Below are positions 7,550-10,468 of a stretch of DNA of 10,468 bases, piece after piece (the first letter of the stretch is position 1; each line of letters starts with the position of its first letter). Where the stretch lies: contig JBHGNT010001273.1 of assembly GCA_043228905.1 (NCBI GenBank), forward strand, positions 1 through 10,468, read 5' to 3'. The notes below the pieces were generated by a model. The model did no database searches and was not told the origin of the DNA. It saw only the letters and a program-made list of their open reading frames with translations. The translations under genes were made by a program, and so were the position numbers. The stretch is from Azolla caroliniana (taxonomy: Eukaryota; Plantae; Polypodiophyta).

Positions 7550-10019
7550 GTCCGTCCTTGTATATCTGTCATTTTCCTTTTTCTGTTTCTCGCACCGTCT
7601 TTATATATTATGGTATGTATATCAATTTTGGAAATAGCTCTCTCGATCTCCCTCTCTTTCGTTATCCGTTCGTTCTGTCATATGGATGAATAGATTTTCC
7701 TCGTCGTTTTCTTGAATATGCTCTTTCTATGGCACGCGGGTTTGATGTACACATGCAGTCGTGGAAAGCTCAGGAGAGAATGGACACGCTCAAGTCGTTG
7801 CAAGGTGGGGTGAGCCACAGCCTCAGAAGAGTATCCTATGCGTTTCTATGTCTTCCGATGAAGCTGTTCAGGTAGGATTCCTTTTTCGTTTTCTGTCGCG
7901 TCTCTTAAATTTTTCTCCCTAGGTTTTGCTTCTCTTTTATTAATGTCATCAACTTTGCTCATCTTTTAGGAGCAATGTATTTTTGGTGCCAGATCGTGAA
8001 TTTTGTAACATACAATCAATGCGCAATGTATCACCTGTGCAAAAGCCCTTGACTTTCTACATATGTACTAACACACTGCATTAGTATATACTACATGCGG
8101 ACTCCATGGACTTTGTGCATTTAGTATATACATGTAGTATATGCAATATACTACATGCTGACTTCATGGACTTTGTGCATTTAGTATATACATGTAGTAT
8201 ATGCAATATACTACATGCTGACTTCATGGACTTTGTGTATTTAGTAACGTGCCCACTGAATCATGTGGTTTTTCGTCTAAAACAGTTAAATTTGTACACC
8301 AAGCAAATGTTGTGGCTGAAACTTGTGTTTTTTATGCCAAAGTCACGACTTGGTGACCGGTGAATGTACTCTGCAATTTGTTCGGAAGCCCAGTCGGTTC
8401 TGGACGTGCTAGACTTAATTATGATGCAGAACGTGTTTTTAAAGTCGTATGACCTTTGCATGCATTATGAATACACTGAATATTGTGTTTGCAATGTTTT
8501 TATGTTCAAATCACAAGCTTTATTTTCTACTCTTAGTAGACATCTAAATGGTATGTACTTCAAGCTGAGGAAGGATGATGATGTCTACCTACAATAGTAG
8601 GAAACTATTGAGTGCTGTCTGGAAAGCCTGTTTATATGCATATGACCGGTCTTGGTCTAGTATATTTAGTTATGAGTATTATTGCACAGAGAATTGGTTA
8701 AAATTGATATTTATATCTGACTTGTGTCTATTATTTGGTAGTGATGACGAGAGAAGTTATCTTTAATATACATGTATGTACATATCCATGAATCCACAAT
8801 GAATTTTGCATCTATGTTTAGTTTGCATTAAGAGCGTTTTGTTTATGTCTTTCTGAATTTCTACAGCGAATATTACATTTGAGGTATTACAAAGGTAGCA
8901 ATTTTTCATAAAATAGTTATCTCTTGGTATTTCCAGAATATTATGAATGTGTGGGCTAGTATGTTTTGCAAGGCTAGTATCATTAAATATATAGCATGTA
9001 TATTATAGTGTTGTTCTGTAGAGTCTTGAATTTCTGTACATTTTATTAGCCTAGTTTCATCACATTCATGAACTATATTAATGTCTTTATTTCTGGATTG
9101 TAGGCTCTTGCTGTAGCAAGGAGAAATAATATTGTGAGTATAAACCTGTTTTTGTTGCATGTCATGCTTTCAATTGACATTGTCAAAAATTGAACTCTAG
9201 TTACAGGATGCTGCTTTTTGAGCAGGTAGACATTCTCAATCCTTCTAATGGCGCAATGTATACAGAAGTAAATGTTTCTTTGAACTCTCCTGCAAATGCA
9301 AATGAAAATGCACAAATAGTTGGTGTTCATCTTCTCAGAGCTGGAGCGTCTGGGTACATGTTATTGATGATTTTTCTTCAAATTGATTTATATTTGTAGC
9401 TGCACAAGTTTCTTTTTTGAACCTTCTGCCTTACCTATTGTCTTTTATCAGTCCAGTTGATTGATCTTCTTCATCTTGTTTTGCATTTGCGGCTAGTACA
9501 AGGTCTCTCGTAACATGTGCCTCCACCGGGATTGCTACCTTACACTGTATTTCGTGGGAGGATGCAGAACGAAAAGTTGATGACTCTGTCACATTAACAT
9601 GGCCAGTTTGCAAATCAGGAAGCATTATGTGCATGAAGGTTGATATGAGTGAAAAATTTGCAGCTTTTGGAGGGTAAAATTTTCTTGAAATCTAACGAAA
9701 TAGTTTTTCATGTCGAATTATGTAAATTTCACAAATCTTTCATCATTTCAGGGATGGAGCTGAGCCTGCACTTTGGGAAATTGATACCCAATCAAAAATC
9801 TGGGAAGCAAAAGCGGTATATGTTTGTTTCTGCATTTTTACCATGTATCTTGGTATATTATTTTAATGAAAGTATTGTTTTCTCATGTTAGTACTGTTTT
9901 CAAAAGTAATACAGCCTCGAAGGGACAATATGGGATTAATGTCACGCCCCTTTGTCACGTCATCAACTTTTCTTGGGGATGATCACCGTAAACTGATAAT
10001 AGGAACAGGCCATCATCAG
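7416..10019 (+). CDS. WDR74: WD repeat-containing protein 74 / NSA1 homolog (pre-60S ribosome biogenesis factor), spliced, 3'-partial: join(7416..7497,7759..7871,9104..9133,9226..9353,9497..9673,9752..9815,9915..10019), gene continues beyond window
   Basis: Manual splicing at GT-AG sites with consistent phases gives 699 nt, 233 codons with no stop: MPRTDAVAAPGCPPIRAISFDNLGLIKVVESSGENGHAQVVARWGEP...ALAVARRNNIVDILNPSNG...KVDMSEKFAAFGGDGAEPALWEIDTQSKIWEAKAPRRDNMGLMSRPFVTSSTFLGDDHRKLIIGTGHHQ. This matches, from memory, plant WDR74/NSA1 motifs (PGCPP.RA..FD.LGLIKV; LAVAR; FGG; W.AK.P..N.LG; FL..DDHRK...GT..HQ). The expected next motif (VRLYD...RRPV) is not in the window. Confidence 0.9.
7509..7546. 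repeat. (TC)19 microsatellite at the start of intron 1
   Basis: Read directly; explains the SLSLSL artefacts in the ORF track. Confidence 0.97.
7759..7871 (+). CDS. WDR74: WDR74/NSA1 coding exon 2 (VESSGENGHAQVVARWGEPQPQKSILCVSMSSDEAVQ)
   Basis: Acceptor TGCAG ending 7758, donor CAG|GTAGGA at 7872; 113 nt completes phase 1 and ends in phase 0. Confidence 0.88.
8086..8246. repeat. 60-bp tandem repeat, about 2.7 copies, in intron 2
   Basis: Lines 8101, 8161 and 8221 are nearly identical in register (ACTYCATGGACTTTGTGYATTTAGTA...). Confidence 0.95.
9104..9133 (+). CDS. WDR74: WDR74/NSA1 coding exon 3, 30-nt microexon (ALAVARRNNI)
   Basis: Acceptor TGTAG ending 9103, strong donor GTGAGT at 9134; encodes the conserved LAVAR motif. 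Confidence 0.85.
9226..9353 (+). CDS. WDR74: WDR74/NSA1 coding exon 4 (VDILNPSNGAMYTEV...GVHLLRAGAS)
   Basis: Acceptor GCAG ending 9225, donor GG|GTACAT at 9354; overlaps ORF-track entry 9190..9399. Confidence 0.85.
9497..9673 (+). CDS. WDR74: WDR74/NSA1 coding exon 5 (TRSLVTCASTG...KVDMSEKFAAFG)
   Basis: Acceptor CTAG ending 9496 (an alternative in-frame AAG ends at 9502), donor GG|GTAAAA at 9674; phase 2 at both ends. Confidence 0.85.
9752..9815 (+). CDS. WDR74: WDR74/NSA1 coding exon 6 (DGAEPALWEIDTQSKIWEAKA)
   Basis: Acceptor TTTCAG ending 9751, donor GCG|GTATAT at 9816. Confidence 0.88.
9915..10019 (+). CDS. WDR74: WDR74/NSA1 coding exon 7 (PRRDNMGLMSRPFVTSSTFLGDDHRKLIIGTGHHQ)
   Basis: Acceptor ACAG ending 9914, donor CAG|GTTTGA at 10020; DDHRK...GT..HQ motif. 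Confidence 0.88.
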
Positions 10020-10468
10020 GTTTGACTCAATACTCTCTTGGATAGAAAAATTAAAAAGTCAAATGGCATATACTAGTGTCTTTGTAAACCATGTGTTCGG
10101 TTCGTATCCGTTACGCAAAAGATGCCTATTCTCCCTTTTTGGTGCTCCATAGCAGCCAAAAATGGCCCCTATAATCTTAAAATCCATGACCATCAGCATT
10201 TGGCATACGTCTTTGTTTATGCTTGTATGTGACTGAAAATTTTGAATTCTTTAATTGGTATTGTGACAACTATAGCATCTTAGGGTGGTAGTAGTGTTAG
10301 CTCTAACTATTGTATGATGATATGGTAGCAGATTATCTCTCTCTTGTTTATTTCCTAAACAAGCTTTTCTTTTGTAACAACATTGTAGTAGCCACTGCTT
10401 ATTGATTCCTCGTGCTTCCGGCACCTTTACTTCAAAACTTTTAAGTCCAACAAGCACTCAGCTCGTGT

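Noticed and set aside
6799-7693. ORF-track ORFs 6799..7080, 6969..7226, 7102..7332 and 7448..7693
   Set aside because: Overlapping, low-complexity translations of promoter and intron microsatellites (EEEEEE, IAIAI, SLSLSL) with no recognisable family
8086-8246. CRISPR-like array
   Set aside because: Units repeat in full with no unique spacers; eukaryotic intron with no cas genes
8570-8860. Intronic C/D-box snoRNA (ATGATGA near 8575, GTGATGA at 8741, CTGA near 8717 and 8853)
   Set aside because: No terminal stem flanking the boxes and no rRNA-complementary guide recognised; snoscan or an Rfam search would be needed to revisit this
8106-9330. Short ORFs inside or antisense to intron 2, including the repeated MDFVHLVYTCSICNILHADF peptide
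   Set aside because: They are by-products of the 60-bp repeat and AT-rich intron sequence
10090-10130. Possible exon 8 (GTTCGTATCCGTTAC, VRIRY, resembling the expected VRLYD)
   Set aside because: No AG acceptor precedes it and the downstream RRPV motif is missing; exon 8 probably lies beyond the window
10136-10162. Hairpin TTTTTGG-TGCT-CCAT-AGCA-G-CCAAAAA
   Set aside because: Short, mostly A/T-run pairing, with no H/ACA or other supporting context
10310-10400. C-box-like ATGATGA and 8-bp hairpin CTTGTTTA/TAAACAAG in intron 7
   Set aside because: No downstream D box (CTGA) within the window; short AT-rich stems are expected by chance

Overview
AT-rich eukaryotic genomic DNA from a land plant (possibly a bryophyte; inferred from the protein and transposon types). 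Positions 1-2150 are unassigned intergenic or decayed sequence. About 2152-5490 (minus strand) is a heavily mutated Ty1/Copia LTR retrotransposon remnant with integrase, RT, RNase H, a polypurine tract and a 3' LTR carrying an internal ~230-bp tandem duplication. About 5510-6605 (plus strand) is a 5'-truncated RTE/RTEX-like LINE ending in a stem-loop and an (AATTCT)n tail. A promoter with three telo-boxes (~7250-7340) then precedes the first seven coding exons (233 codons, all GT-AG) of a WDR74/NSA1-type WD40 60S ribosome-biogenesis gene, which continues past the window end. I found no convincing novel biological system. The most unusual local structures are a hairpin-forming 60-bp tandem repeat in intron 2, the LTR duplication with a (GA)n versus G19 difference, and a duplicated telo-box/GAA promoter module.
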